From positions 14,283,038-14,347,037 of the forward strand of contig NC_090294.1 of the NCBI RefSeq assembly GCF_037392515.1: a stretch of DNA of 64,000 nucleotides, in the 5' to 3' direction. Positions 25,550-38,900 of the stretch are shown one piece after another. Within the stretch, counting starts at the first letter, position 1, and every line of letters begins with the position of its first letter. The notes under the pieces were generated by a model. That model was given only the letters and a program-made list of their open reading frames with translations. It was not told where the DNA came from and did no database searches. This DNA is from Haliotis asinina (taxonomy: Eukaryota). The position numbers and the translations under genes were made by a program.

Positions 25550-27905
25550 GACTACCTCAACTTACTGCCCTGGATATGAATCCGATAGAGCATCTCTGAA
25601 ACACCTTTGTAGACAGTTGAGGCAACGGCAAACCGACAGCAGCTTGAACAAGTTCTCATGGATCTGTAGCACAGAATTCCTACTGACGTCATCCATGATG
25701 AGATATTTGGAACGTATGAAGACGTCACACAACTGAAGACTTGGACAGTTCCATAATGTGACTTGAAACACATCTTGTGAATGATCTGTGATGGGGTAAC
25801 ATTTCATTTTGACCCCAAGTCCCTTGTGTTTGATTCCGTGACCAGATTACTATCGATTGGTGATTCTGTCTCATGCATGGTAAATGGTTAGATTTTGTAT
25901 TGTAAAACAATAGTTCTATCATATATATATGTCCTGGTGTCGTCTTCATGAGGCATAACATCAGGTGATAAGTTTCTTGTGTACATAAGTAAGACACAAA
26001 CTGAGACTACTGTCATTATCTTTATGAGACAAGCAAAGGGATGCAAGGAATATATCTGAGCCTGTACGTGTTGCTGAATAACACAAACAAAAATTGTTCG
26101 ATTGTTGCTCACTCACTCACTGTCGTACGATTTAAAATATATCATAATCACGTAGTTATAAATGTGAATAATAGCGATACTAAGTATTTGCGAAACGGTG
26201 AGCTCACCATTGGTCCGAATCACTGAGATCTGGTGGTGTGCAATTAGTCAGATTATCTGTACACACTTTTCCATTTTTGTCAGCTCTTCTGGCAAGTATG
26301 AAGCACTTTGAGTGTGGTTTTGCTGCTTATTGCCACACTCACCTATATTCCAGCGGTAGGTATGTTACAGCTGTATGAATACTGAGGGAGAAAAAGAAGG
26401 GATCACATGAAAGCAGAAGCATTCCTTTATATTTTTCAGGTTTCTCCACAAGTTGTGCGACACACAGCTTGTGAAGAAACCTTTGACAAAATAATGGAAA
26501 ATACTGCATTTCATGTGATCCCTTTTTTCCTTAGGTATATACAATTGATTCTGGATGAAACACTCTAATGATAGATATCCTGAGCATTGACCTACACAAC
26601 TGAGATGGAGTGGCATACATCCAAAAAGACAGAATGGGTTGCTGAAGATCAAGCCTAAATCTTTATGAGTTGATGAAATTGTGATTTAACACAACACCTC
26701 TTTAAGAATCATTCTCAAGGGTATAGCAAAGCATGAAGACAGCATCAATTTATGTATTTAATTATCATTTCCAAAGTCATTACTTTAACATGACTTGGGA
26801 AATCGGTTTTTAAATTATGGACTTAGCATGATGAGATCGTTTCTTGAGAATACAACAATTCAGGTGTAACAATTCAGAAAGAACGTAGAGGACATAATCA
26901 TTTCATCAGTTTGAGACAACAAATATAACTTAATCTCCTGTTTGATGTGCGGATGTATGAGTGGTGGTTCTACGTCGGCAATATGAAACCAGAATGACTT
27001 ATTGTTCAAACAAATGATGTACTATATCACCGAGCCAAATTACTAAGTCTATTCCATCGCTCTTTACAACTAGTTAGGGACAATTTCTCATTCCTGGAGC
27101 CCCCACGCGTTAGATACAAAACCAATTCAATACAATAAAACCCCACAATACTAATATTCAGAAGGTCTTGTATTTGCCCTGGAGGATATATCGATATATT
27201 CACTTATGTCAAATCTTTGTTTCTCCTTAGATTCTGTGAACAAAGTCAGGCAATAATTCGGTACACTCATTTACTTGAGTCGGTTGATCACGCAACAAAT
27301 GACTGTGATGAAGGTTTATAGCAGGTCGAAATGAGTCGGTCAGATAGAAAATTAATTCAAAAGTTCTACTAAAAAAGTTACGTTACCTCCTTTGCTGTCA
27401 AGTCTAGTAATCGAAATGCAAAAAAAGCGTGATATGATGTCGTATTCCAATTATGTAATGGAGGGCGAAATTATGACATTGATTACCAAACAACAATGTT
27501 GGCACCAATATAGTTATGTAAACTGCACCGTAATTACATCAGATACAGATCGTAAGTCTTCACTCTAGACGCTCTGGTAAACGTAGGGATGTGTTTGTAA
27601 GTCACGTCGACCTCAGGAGTAGTCTGGGGTCGTCGCATTAAGGCTTGATATAAGTCTGGTAATGCATCTTGTTTCTGAAGTGGACCCAGATGACAGTGTT
27701 AATCAGACTGAAGTTCAGAGTGTCACCTCAAGGGAGCCCAATAAATCAGAACGTGGTGTTTTGGTAAAACATCACAGTGGTTTTATTCGCAATCCTTTTT
27801 AACGTACTGAGGAGACGGGATGCTTCTCGCACAGTTCATCGCTCCCATGGTCATATATGACCTTTTATAGTAATTCTGAAAGGTTTTACCTTTTTTACAG
27901 AACGA
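25550..27905. repeat. tandem duplication, copy 2 (2356-bp unit)
   Basis: Same as copy 1. The junction at 25549/25550 is acagaacga|gactacctcaactt. Copy 2 ends at 27905, followed by unique sequence tgatgtgataaatt. Confidence 0.88.
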
Positions 27906-28019
27906 TGATGTGATAAATTAACAGGGAAGACAATTTCAGGACACGTTAATTTGTGAACATGTAAACTGGATTTGACCATATATGTACCAACGATATCAGA
28001 ACATCGACGAAACGGTAGT

Positions 28020-28085
28020 AACGTGAGTGAGTGGATAATATTTTACGCCGCCTCAGCATCACTTGATCCATATAGCTGGTGACCA
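28020..28085. repeat. short fragment of the SINE-like family box adjacent to (GAGT)n
   Basis: gtgagtgagtggataatattttacgccgcctcag…ccatatagctgg resembles the reverse complement of the box at 1605-1665. Confidence 0.3.
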
Positions 28086-29849
28086 ATGAAACCGTTGAGC
28101 GTTGTTTTATACGAAATACGTATATTTAGAATCTTCTCATGGATTAATAGAACATAACTGTTTTACTAATGATGAGTCTGTTACATTTACATTTGGTTGA
28201 CACTATCATAGGTCATCTGTGTTACTAACATCCGTTAGCATCCATGTAGCACAAACCGTTGACATGTATGCAGATGACCATGAGAGTTCGTATCTGTTGA
28301 TCCATACTAGAAATATGGAATAATGCTTAAAGTGGCGGTGATTATTAGCACAGTATCGTACGTTACTGATTGTACATGTTCACGTACAATGCCATCGGGT
28401 TGCGGGGATTTTACACTTCCTGTCGAAGAAGGTGGCAGATGCTTTTGATAAAAGTACCACGAAACTTGAACTGAATGACATCGATACTAAACGCATCCCT
28501 TCCGACTGTTAACGTTCTTGTTAAGTCTCAATTAAGTGTGTTAGGTGTGAAGCAAAGAATTAGAAAGCGATTCCTAAAGTGACGCAACACTGGCACAAAA
28601 TGTTTGTATTTGTACCACATGTTACAGTGTTTTGTGTTGGTGTTACAGGATATCCCATTGCTCTGTGATAGGAACAGTGATAGGAACAATAAATACATGA
28701 CCTGTTTTATGGAAAACAACTTCTTTTTTCTCTTTATAAGTCGTTGCAGAGCTCCTTTATCAAGTGAATGGGGGCTGATGAAGGATCAGTCAACATGTGA
28801 AGAAGCAAGAAATAGTCATACAAAGAATTTCAACAAGCTGTTACCATAATACGTGACTACGTTTTTGGTAATTATTCATACACACATGCGTTCCTAGTAT
28901 GGTGATCTAGCTTCTGTTGTTGGCTATCTATAGCCTGCTTTTATATTGCATTGTCTAAATAGTGATATTAGTTTTAACTTTCCATGCTAGTGTTAATTCA
29001 AATTGTGATACTCTAATTGTTTTACTGTCTTTTGTTGGCGTGTTTTTATAATGTACATATGGTCTTTTTCATTGTTGAATGTTCTCGTCACGATATGGCT
29101 GAAATATGCCGGTGTGACGTTAAATATTAACTCACTTACTCATACACACATGCACATCACTGAGTTTAGAACATCTGCCTACTACACACAAAGTTAAGTT
29201 AGTTGTTCACTCGACACACATGGCTATAATGAAAGTCCTACTACTCACTTTGTCTGTGTTTTGTTGACTGACACTCATTCCTGCAACTGAAAATACGAAA
29301 TAACCCGCTGCTTGGAAATTTTGTGCAAATGTTGTCAATTTGTTCGTTGAAGACACTGGTTAGAAACGAATTGAAATCAAGTTTCGAAAGAAAAAGTTTC
29401 CAAAGTATGCAAACTTGCTTAATCTTAAAGGTTGATGCCAAAATACCTATCAGGAATTTTTGTGTTTGAAATAAATAAACCTTAGATCTAATAACATTTT
29501 TGGAATAAAAACATGCTGTACGTATTTTCGAGTGCTGATTAAAACCAGTGCAATATTTTTTTTCTTTTCATGTGAAAGAACTTACTTAAAAATATTTTGA
29601 AATGCCAGTGAAAGTAATGATACCAACCGAGCCTATTAGTTTCTTTTTTCGCCCTGAAATCTAGAATTTAATCGTCATGTCATTTGCATGCATACTAGCC
29701 ACATAAAGAAACTGTGCACACAGAAAATGCGTTCAGAATTAGAATACAACACAACAAAGATGAAACGATGTGGACAAGTTGAAATGTTGGACCAAAACAA
29801 AATGTCAATATAACATGCATAAGATCCGTAATGATGACGTCATAAGTTC

Positions 29850-30450
29850 AAAATCGAGTAAGGGGTTACACGACGAATCAACAAAGCCAAAAAATGGTAT
29901 GGCCACCATGTGCGGTTGTCTCGATGGCGTTGTGTCAGTATGGGTTATACAGCAGGGCGTTGTGGTCGAATCCCAAACTGATGTAAAAGAATCCTGGCTG
30001 TACTGGGATGAACATAACGCAGTCTTGGAACGGCCTAGGACGTGGTAACTGCCATCTGGAACCTGTGCGGGAAATGAGTCACCCGAATCCATCTGTCCTG
30101 TGTTGGCGTCGACACTCGATGACGCTCGGAACTAGGGGGACGTCATTAGTGTTTCGATAGCAATTGACCAGTGCAGATATCGTGTTGAGATGATTTTGGA
30201 AATGGGCTGCCACCATAGGGTGACTCATTCCCGCTCGAACCATATGCACTGAGGTGGATTCGTGACGCCGAGCAGATGTTAATAATGGTGTGATGTGCAT
30301 GTGACGTCTCATGTGAATTTGTGAAAGTCTGAATGATCAGAGATCAAGCTGTCGGCAATGCAGCAATTTCTGAGTTTCACATGCTGCACACACTGCAGTG
30401 GCATCAACACACTGCATGACCAATGACGTCATGTCGCCCGGCACGTGCAT
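29850..30450. promoter_or_regulatory. locally CpG-rich block bracketed by two ATGACGTCAT (CRE-like) palindromes; candidate CpG-island promoter
   Basis: CpG dinucleotides are dense here (cgacgaatc, gcggttgtctcgatggcgttg, cgtcgacactcgatgacgctcgg, cgtgacgccgagc, cccgctcgaacc, gtcgcccggcacgtgc) against CpG-poor flanks. ATGACGTCAT at 29834-29843 and 30423-30432. Kozak-like gccaccATGt at about 29900-29909. Internal inverted repeat gggaaatgagtcaccc / gggtgactcattccc. Confidence 0.25.
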
Positions 30451-33249
30451 TGTCTCCAGTACTTGCTGTATTCACACCTTATTTATGTATAAAGACACCG
30501 TGTGCCTTTATGTCACTAGTATATTACTGCATCTATAAACGTTTAAATTCATGGCTGTGAGACGTGTTTGTATTGGTTCCACACACAATGACTGTTCCTT
30601 CAAACTATGAAAGTGTTTGGTGTCATAGGTCATACATATACTTCAACTGGATTCACTGATAGTGTGATCTATTCCCCAATAGGGACTTTTAGAAGTATAC
30701 ACTATTTTGCATGCTTGATTTATTCCCACTTAAGTGGAATAATATTGTCTGGTATATCTATTCCGTTTGGAATTCGCACTGAGACAGATTGTTGGTGTAT
30801 CGAGGGGATATCACAGAGAACTTTAGGAGATAGTGTTAAGTTATGATTGGCTTGCATGGCTGCATTTAGCCACAGTGGAATACTCAGTATTAAAGTTATA
30901 AACTAAAAACTGTAGCAAGGTTAAACAAACTTTACTTCTTTTATGAAATTAAACTGAATGAAGTAGTGCTTCAAAGTACGTTCAGTAGTAGCAGTGTATA
31001 TGAAGAGCGCTCCTGCTATATACAAATGGGTCTTGTCAAATAGATGTTTACATAGTAGCGAGTGTGACTCATCATAAACATCCGGGTTACTATCAATCTT
31101 CACAAACCCAAACCTTAGAGGGTACAGGTTCGGGTGTCAGATTCTCTGACTTCATTCATGCATGTCATCGTATCCCAAATGCATTGATTTATGCAATTTG
31201 TTATGAGGATCAGTTAATTGTAACGTCACATTAATTGACTTTTAGTTAACAAGGGTTAAAGCGCTGACTTAGGATGTAAACTCACACCTTGAACTAAGGA
31301 TGTGTTTCTGTTTTTTTATTTTATTAAGAGTAGGCACATGAGTTACCTCCCGTTTGTTCTTGTTCCCCTTGTTTCTGGTGGCGCTCAATAGCAAACAAAC
31401 TAGCAAAACCTCGTTTGACGGATCGCCTCATTGAGGACTCTTAACTCCATAGAAACCTCCCAATAAGTGTCAGGCCATGGATTAAGTTTAATAAGGAGTT
31501 CCTGCAACTTCCTGGTGAAGGATTTGGAAGACATCGCAACGCCATTCCACCAGCATCCAGACATGTTCCAATGGTCAGAGTTAGATGTCACTGAACAACT
31601 ATATCATTACGTAGTCTGGTGTTATTTTACGACGGTTTCACTCCAGGGAACATAGCGTGCAGCTCGCTGTACAGGAGTAATAGTGTTGACCGCAACGTTA
31701 AACCCAATTTGATAAAACCAAAGCTCGTCCCTCCTGGAAATGGGGAGAACACTGCTGATATGATGCATTGTATGATATGAGACTAAAACCGTCACGATGC
31801 CAAACACGCGTCTACCGTCACTAAGTAGTGTTTTTATCTTGTCATTCACGTCTGGCAAGCCATGTGTGCCTGTGTCAGCTTATATTTTATTTAAACCAAT
31901 TTCCTGAAATCAGTATGCAATACCACACATAAAAGCTAGCGATATTTGAAGTATAACAGCAATCTGATTAACAGACGGGGAAATTAGAGTAAGATGTGTG
32001 ATTAATGGACAGTCAGAGAGATTTGTTTTAGTTCGTACCTTCCTGTTCATTATATAGAATCAGGATAAGGTCATGAGGTAACTGAATGGAGAAACTGTGG
32101 AAGTGATCTTAATATCTTGTCATTCATGTCCTATGTATCCACTGATAATGACTGTTGAATATCTGAAACAGTTTCAAGTAATTTTATGTAGTAAGCCGAA
32201 TATTATTAAAAACACTATAGTGATATTAGCAATGTCGTCTCTGCATCATAAACTAGGATGTTCCTGCAAATTAGTATTCTGACTAGTTTATGATCCTTGA
32301 ATATGAGTGTCTTGTAGAGGTGGAGAGCTCATTAATGAAATCACCATGTAGTGATACACATGAACATTAGACAAGTAATAATGTATCTCGATAAACAGCA
32401 GCAACACTGTCTTAATGTTAGACACCAAATATTCCTGAAGATACAAAGTTGTACTTAATGATCATTTTGTGCTTGAAACTGTTATAACGATTGCCATAAC
32501 ACCTCTTGCTGAAGTGTTCCAAATGTCGTAGAATCAGTGTGTCAATCTCGTGTAAGGGCCTCGGTATATTTTCATGCATTTCCAATCTTCAACTTCGACC
32601 GGCGAGAGAGCGGGTCTATGAATAAAAGAATTGGAATAGAAAAAAAAGGTGTTTTCACTAATCGTGAAATAAATGTGCATGCGTTTCAAAACAGTTTTTA
32701 CCTGATGATCGTGATGATTTTTTTATGAAACATAGATGAGAAAAGCTTAAAGATCAACTTGTTTCCGCGAATGTCAACTGTAGTGTATATTTTTTCATCG
32801 CATTTGGACATTTATTTCCATAGCGGTTGGAAACGCTGAGGAACTTCATAATAACTTTACTTCACTTTAATTTAAAGTGATTCATAAACACTGTCTCTGC
32901 CATAGTACCGCATGGTGACAATCAGAGAATTGTCTGGATCAGACCATATTTGTTTACGAACAACATCGTACAGCTGTTATACTGCTGAAACAAACGTCAT
33001 CATAGTCACTGTGGTACAATCATAGGATTTTGTATTTGCAATATAAAGATACATTTATAAGAACGGTTCGCTGAAACCCAGTGATTAACCAAATAAGCAT
33101 TCCTTCCCTGTCAGTAGTGCAATTCATTCACACAATGAATAACAAGAATTATATTCCGATATTAGTACACCTATCTGTAAAAAAAACAGGCCATCAAGTG
33201 GTCATTTAAGAGAAACCCTTAGTTTTCAATGAAGCATGGACGTGTAGAG

Positions 33250-34000
33250 GTTTCGCTGCTTACAAGTAAAGAGATGTGTTTTGGAAATAGGTTCGTTTTG
33301 AAACACGAATGAAAAATATGAAAACATATCCTAGCATTATGCCGCAAACTTCATCCGAAACACTTATTACGATAGTTGGTCATCTACTTTCGCGATTAAC
33401 ACTTACTCGTCAATTTTGGTTTTTCTTCCAACGACGAAGTGTCTGTCGGTTCTTTCTGGAGTAAAAAACTAAACATTCTTACTTGAAAGGATGCCGTTTT
33501 GTAAAAACAATACATAAACTATTTTCCAGATGGTCACATCACATCAACAAATTTCTAACTGAAAGCGTCACCACAGGCTTAAAGAACAACGAAACACGGC
33601 AGGCAAAAACAGAAAAGCACATATCCCAAAGAACATAGTAATTGTTTCATCTGCCACACTTCACTTCAAAGGACTAAGATTTATTTTCTCATTTCTTGCT
33701 CTTTTTCCTTGCATCACAATGTTTTATCTTCGACATAAAAAGGGTGAGAACTTCATATTGTATCCACAAAAGGGTGAGAACTTCATATTGTATCCACAAT
33801 ATACCATGAGCAAGGTGCCAAATGGTAAGGATGACAACAGTTCCTTCAGTGGTCACAAGGTTACAGAATTCTATCCCTTTGAAGACGATCACTGACATGC
33901 AGTATTACGTAGCTGTGTCCCAAAATAATATTCTGAATCAAATTGTTGCATCATGGAGAATTGTTTATGCTTTATTTGTAATTGAATCTAATAGGACAGC
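33250..34000. repeat. diverged dispersed/segmental repeat R4, copy 1
   Basis: Blocks cgctgcttacaagtaaagagatgtg, aagaacatagtaattgtttcatctgccacacttcacttcaaaggactaag, ccctttgaagacgatcactgacatgcag and attgttgcatcatggag all have counterparts in the same order at 51340-52215. Partial counterparts lie at 42040-42280. Confidence 0.6.
33738..33797. repeat. 30-bp direct tandem duplication
   Basis: aagggtgagaacttcatattgtatccacaa x2. Confidence 0.85.
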
Positions 34001-35829
34001 AAAGCAAAGAATCACAAATATCAATAATAAAACACGTTTGATATATGCATTTTTAAGAATGCGAATGTCAAAGATGGACAGGATGGACACACATATATTT
34101 TTTATCCATTCAGTTACAATTGCAGGATTTCATGTATATTTATTCAGTCATCTGGAAGAAATATTGTGGGATCACTAATGTTAGTTTTCGTGAAAACTAT
34201 AGTTTGTCATGCACATGAGAATGAGATATTGCCAGTGGGACAAGAGAATGGTCGTTATACCCGTCAGTTGGCCATAAGCCTGTTCGATATAAGTATGAAT
34301 AAGTAAAACAGAATCAAAGTTTTGATCAGCAGATGCTGTTAGAGTAGTAGAGAGTAGTGGAGTCACTTGATCAATGCAATTGGTGTAAGTTACTTATCGT
34401 ATACAATGATTACATGTTCTGGCAGATTTTCTTCAACCAAAAGAAACTTCTTCCGCACTTCGTTATGGATGTACATTGCAGTCAATGAAATGCTTCTTGT
34501 GATGATCTAGAGTACGCATATCTTATCAAATATCATGATGATTAGTTTATATTTACTCAGCTAGATGTATCATGAAACAGACACAACAAATGGTATTTGA
34601 ACAGGAGGCTGTTCAGTATTGAAGAAATAGCTTGAACTGAAATCAAGGTGGAAACCATTTCTGTCATTTGATGAAAGTTTGGATGAGTGTGTGGATGAGT
34701 GTGTGAGCCGATGAGTGAGTGGTCTTTAGCACTATAGATTGGACTCGAAAAGGTTTCAGTGCATGTTGTTCCCAAATGTACCTTCTTTATGAATAGTTGC
34801 GTAACGGGCACATTAATAGGTATGGCCCTGCACCAAAATCCAGTCCGAATTCCACTATAAATGGTAGCTCTGTAATGTGTAAATGCATAACATTTCCTCC
34901 TCAGCTGCACCAATATCAAAGCATGTACACGGCCCCGAACCTCTGAGATTCACTAAACGAATCAGAGCATGCTTTCTTTGGCATCGTTTGAATGTCCAGT
35001 AATGATGAGATACTGCGTGAGTATGTTCACTTATCATAGGATGAAAGGAAGTTGAGATCAGAGAGATTGGACGCTTATGGAATTGTATGTTCAGACCCGA
35101 CAAGTGTTGGCGTTGCTTTGATGTACACAGAATTAGATAGGATATTTCAAAGGGAACATTTTCTGCACCCTTTACCTACCATATGGAGGAATCGATCACA
35201 TCTTTAAATGTCTATGATCATCATTATCCATGCTGCATAACTCTTTCTGAACAAAGTGGACGATCAAGAAGAAAGATCAATAGTTTAACTTATCGACAGA
35301 AAATATTTTAAAGGATATATTTGCTGGTTCTAATACCTGTAACGGCATTAGTTTTTTGTTTTCTTTTGTTTTTTATTAGGGGGATTAGGTGGGTTTTGTT
35401 TGTTTTGGGTTTTTTTCTTTTTCTTCTTGTCTATTTTTCTCGATTACATACCGTTTGGTTCCACCGCAGTTATATATATTTCGAGCTAAATAATCATTGA
35501 TGATGCTGATAATACTGATTGAATAGGTTTCTTTTTCCTTAGGCACGTTTCTACTATTATATGTATCAATGACAGTAACATTAATGTGTTTTCATTGTAA
35601 TTTTAGTACGATACCTTTATCACAGTATTTCAAATATTCATAGTTTCTTTTTGTCAATTCTAGACGTTGGAAAGTACAACATTAAAAAATACTTCATGGA
35701 CAACAAATCATATTTCCAGAGTGCGGCTTTTTGATACAGATTCTCGTACCGTTGTCAGACTGTTACCAACAATTAATCGACTTCATGATACCTAATGCAT
35801 CCGTCTGGCAATACGTATTTAATTCTTTA

Positions 35830-35985
35830 CTGGAGTTTCAGCAGCTGCCAGATGACCCAGTATGGTTATACCCTGCAGTAACTGTGGTGTCCGATTCCGA
35901 ACGGATGTCTGCGGAAAGTCTGCTGCTGGTAATACGATCGTATATCACAGTTGCAAGTTGTCTCAGATGTATTCCATTTGTGTTA
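35830..35985 (+). repeat. dispersed repeat R5, copy 1
   Basis: …ccgattccgaacggatgtctgcggaaagtctgctgctggtaata…caagttgtctcagatgtattcc. The translated fragment MSAESLLLVIRSYITVASCLRCIP parallels ORF 44036-44281 (MSAESLMLIIHMYTTSCLRCIS). Confidence 0.6.
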
Positions 35986-38900
35986 TAGGAGGTCATGTGT
36001 AATGCACAGTATTCATGAAGATGCAGAATTGTTTACGTTTACGTACATACACATCATGGCAATGTTGTACTAAGCGCTCTTTTCAAAAGAAGCTGAGTTA
36101 CTGTAAGCAAGTACAGTGCAAGGCGTTATGAGCGTATTGTGCTTTTTAAGCGACGTGCATGAGTATCGTTGCAACAGTGTGTCGGCCGATGTTCCCACAT
36201 GGACTACAGCTGGTCTTGTGGTGTTAGTATCCCGACGTCACACCAAACCACGGGACAGCAAGGGTAATAATGGCTTTATTAAATTTTAGTCGGCGTGAAT
36301 GTTTTTTTGTTGTTGTTTTGGGGTTTTTTTATATTTGCATGAGTGTCTGAGTCTGTCTGCCTAAGTCTCACTATACTTGTCCGCAGTCCGGGTGTCAGCA
36401 AACTTTGATGTCACGACGCACAATGTATATAACCTGTAAATAAAGACTTCTGTATATCTGTGATTGCTCTAAACATTCTATAACAGTGCGAAAATCGTTT
36501 TGGAATGTATAAGCAATAGACATCAACCATCCAATCACAATACTACAAGATTAGTATAGTTCACAAGACACGTCGCCATCTCATTTGACTTTCTGATCTG
36601 TGTAAGTCTGAAAACGAAAACGCTGAGGTGATCGTAACGAACAGGATCATTGCCCGATTACGTGGAGGAGAGGCTCGGGGTGTTGTCTGCTTGGTGTTGT
36701 ACATTCCTGAATAACACCTGTAATACAGTATCAGTCTGAGACATCATGCCAAAGGGTTAATATGACCATCCTGCTCTAACGCAATGTAGTGACTCCATGC
36801 CTGAGACCTCTCTTTGATTTTGATTTATCCCACAACTTTCCACCGCTAGGCAAGAAAACAATAAGTACCATCTCTTAACAGTTTTTAGTATGAAGAGACC
36901 AGGTATAGGACTAACGACCTTTCGCAGTCAGAAGCAATTGTTGCATTATCTAGACAATGTGGGCAGTTGGGTAAGACATCTCCAATTTGTAGAAGTAATT
37001 GTAAGTCAAAGGAGTTATATTGTGTTGTATCATGTAGCCATTTTGATACAACAAAACTTCACCACCTTCGCAGCGTTTTTGTTTGCCCCTGGTAAATATA
37101 CTGAGGGAAAAACATAAACCATTATGGGATCAAATGAGAGGACAATTGTTCCTTTATTTTTGACTAAAGCTTCTTCGCGAGCTTTGTATTGCACAGCTTA
37201 TGAAGAAACTTGAAACAAAATAAGGGAACACTTACGTGATCCCATAGTTTTTCGCTCCTGTTCCTGTTGTGATTTACTCACGTTTCCATGTCACAATTTC
37301 AAATGCTAAAGACAACGGTCGTGTCAGAGAGTCTCTAATTACGTTGTTTAAATTAATCAGGAAGAATCACGCATTGCTCACCTGATTCCGCCAGATATAG
37401 AGGTGACTCGTTCATACGAAGTCTTCATCGTGAATGGCCACCAAGCAAAACTCTCATTCAGAGGACCCTTTTCGGTTGGTCGCTTGTTTCAAGACGATCA
37501 TTCAGAAAATAAAAGTTGTTGAAAAGAAATGTTGGTGAGTTCTAGGTTGTTATCATGTGAGAAGGTTTACATAGAATATGGGCTAATCAGCTCCAAATAA
37601 ATAGACTAGGTATATGTAGCATTGATTTTATTTTTAATTAATTCTTTTTATTTTATTTTTTATTTATTGGGGAGGAAGGGATGGGGGTACTTTTTTGGCG
37701 TTCGATCATTATTTAAAAGCCCAACATGGCTTTCGTCACACTAAGGCATTCATATCCATCATACCTTGTTTTTCGCCCTCGGTGCACACGTAATGCTGGA
37801 CTATGATTTCAATGGCACAATCGTTGTTGTCGGACCGGATGTGATTAACAGCATTTCTATCAAGATCGATTTCTTTTCCATTTGCCTATCCTCGGCCCGA
37901 ACGACCTGGTATGTAATAGCTGAAATCTTACACAGCTGTAGCATTCGCGCAGCATCGGAGTGGAAGGTATCTACCATCTGTTTCTTTCGACACCGCTGGA
38001 TCCGGTTTGGTTAAGGTTTACTGCATAAAGTCTAAAGCTTCACAGGCCTCACTTGTCTTATCAATCTCAATAAACCCTTAACTCTCCAAAAAGTACAAGC
38101 CACATCGATATCTTTCATCATTTCTTTTTCTTTTTTCTTTTTTTAAAAACCACGTTGAAGATTTTAAATCAATTATTACATCAAGGATCTACTACATCTT
38201 TTCTCTCAAGAGAGATAGTGACAATGCATTTGCTTGGCCGCCAGGATATGTATTTGTTTATACTTCAATGATTTACTGATGCTGTGTGCCATTCTAAACC
38301 TAAACATTCTTTTCTAACGTCAGGATTGACAAGTTTAGTAATTTCGTTCTCTATTGATGATTCGATTCAAAATGCTGAGGACAATAATTAAATAGTCCAT
38401 CTTGAAATGACGAAACTTTGTCTGACATATCATGTGATTTCCTACGCCTGATTAACCAGCAGGCTGGTTGTGTTGACGCGATTCGTGTTTGTGAACGCCA
38501 TTCCCTGGTCGTGAATGTAATTCCTGCTACGACTATGTCCTACTAAATATGAAATTTGGCCGTAATTTAACACTGACAAACAAAATCGTAGAATACCGAG
38601 AGGAACTTGTGTAGTCAAACTATGGTGGAGGCCCAGTTTGGGTGGCCAGGCACCAGAGCAACTTGTGGTGCGGAGTTGCGTCCCCTTGTTCGATTGTTCG
38701 AATAAAATATGGCAGGTGGAAAATACCAAATCATATTTTGTCCACTTTGCATAATGAACAGAGAATTGAATACCACATATTGGCCATATGGGGAGTTTGT
38801 TTGCTGACAATAAATGTATTATCTAAAGATGTATGACAATATTCGTTGTAGAGAAGTATTGAGTATTATACTACTAATACAACAGAACCTTGAGACACAT

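Noticed and set aside
29906-30048. Kozak-like gccaccATGt start with a 46-codon ORF, as a possible first coding exon
   Set aside because: It is too short and has no recognisable peptide. It is kept only as part of the CpG-block finding, not as a CDS.
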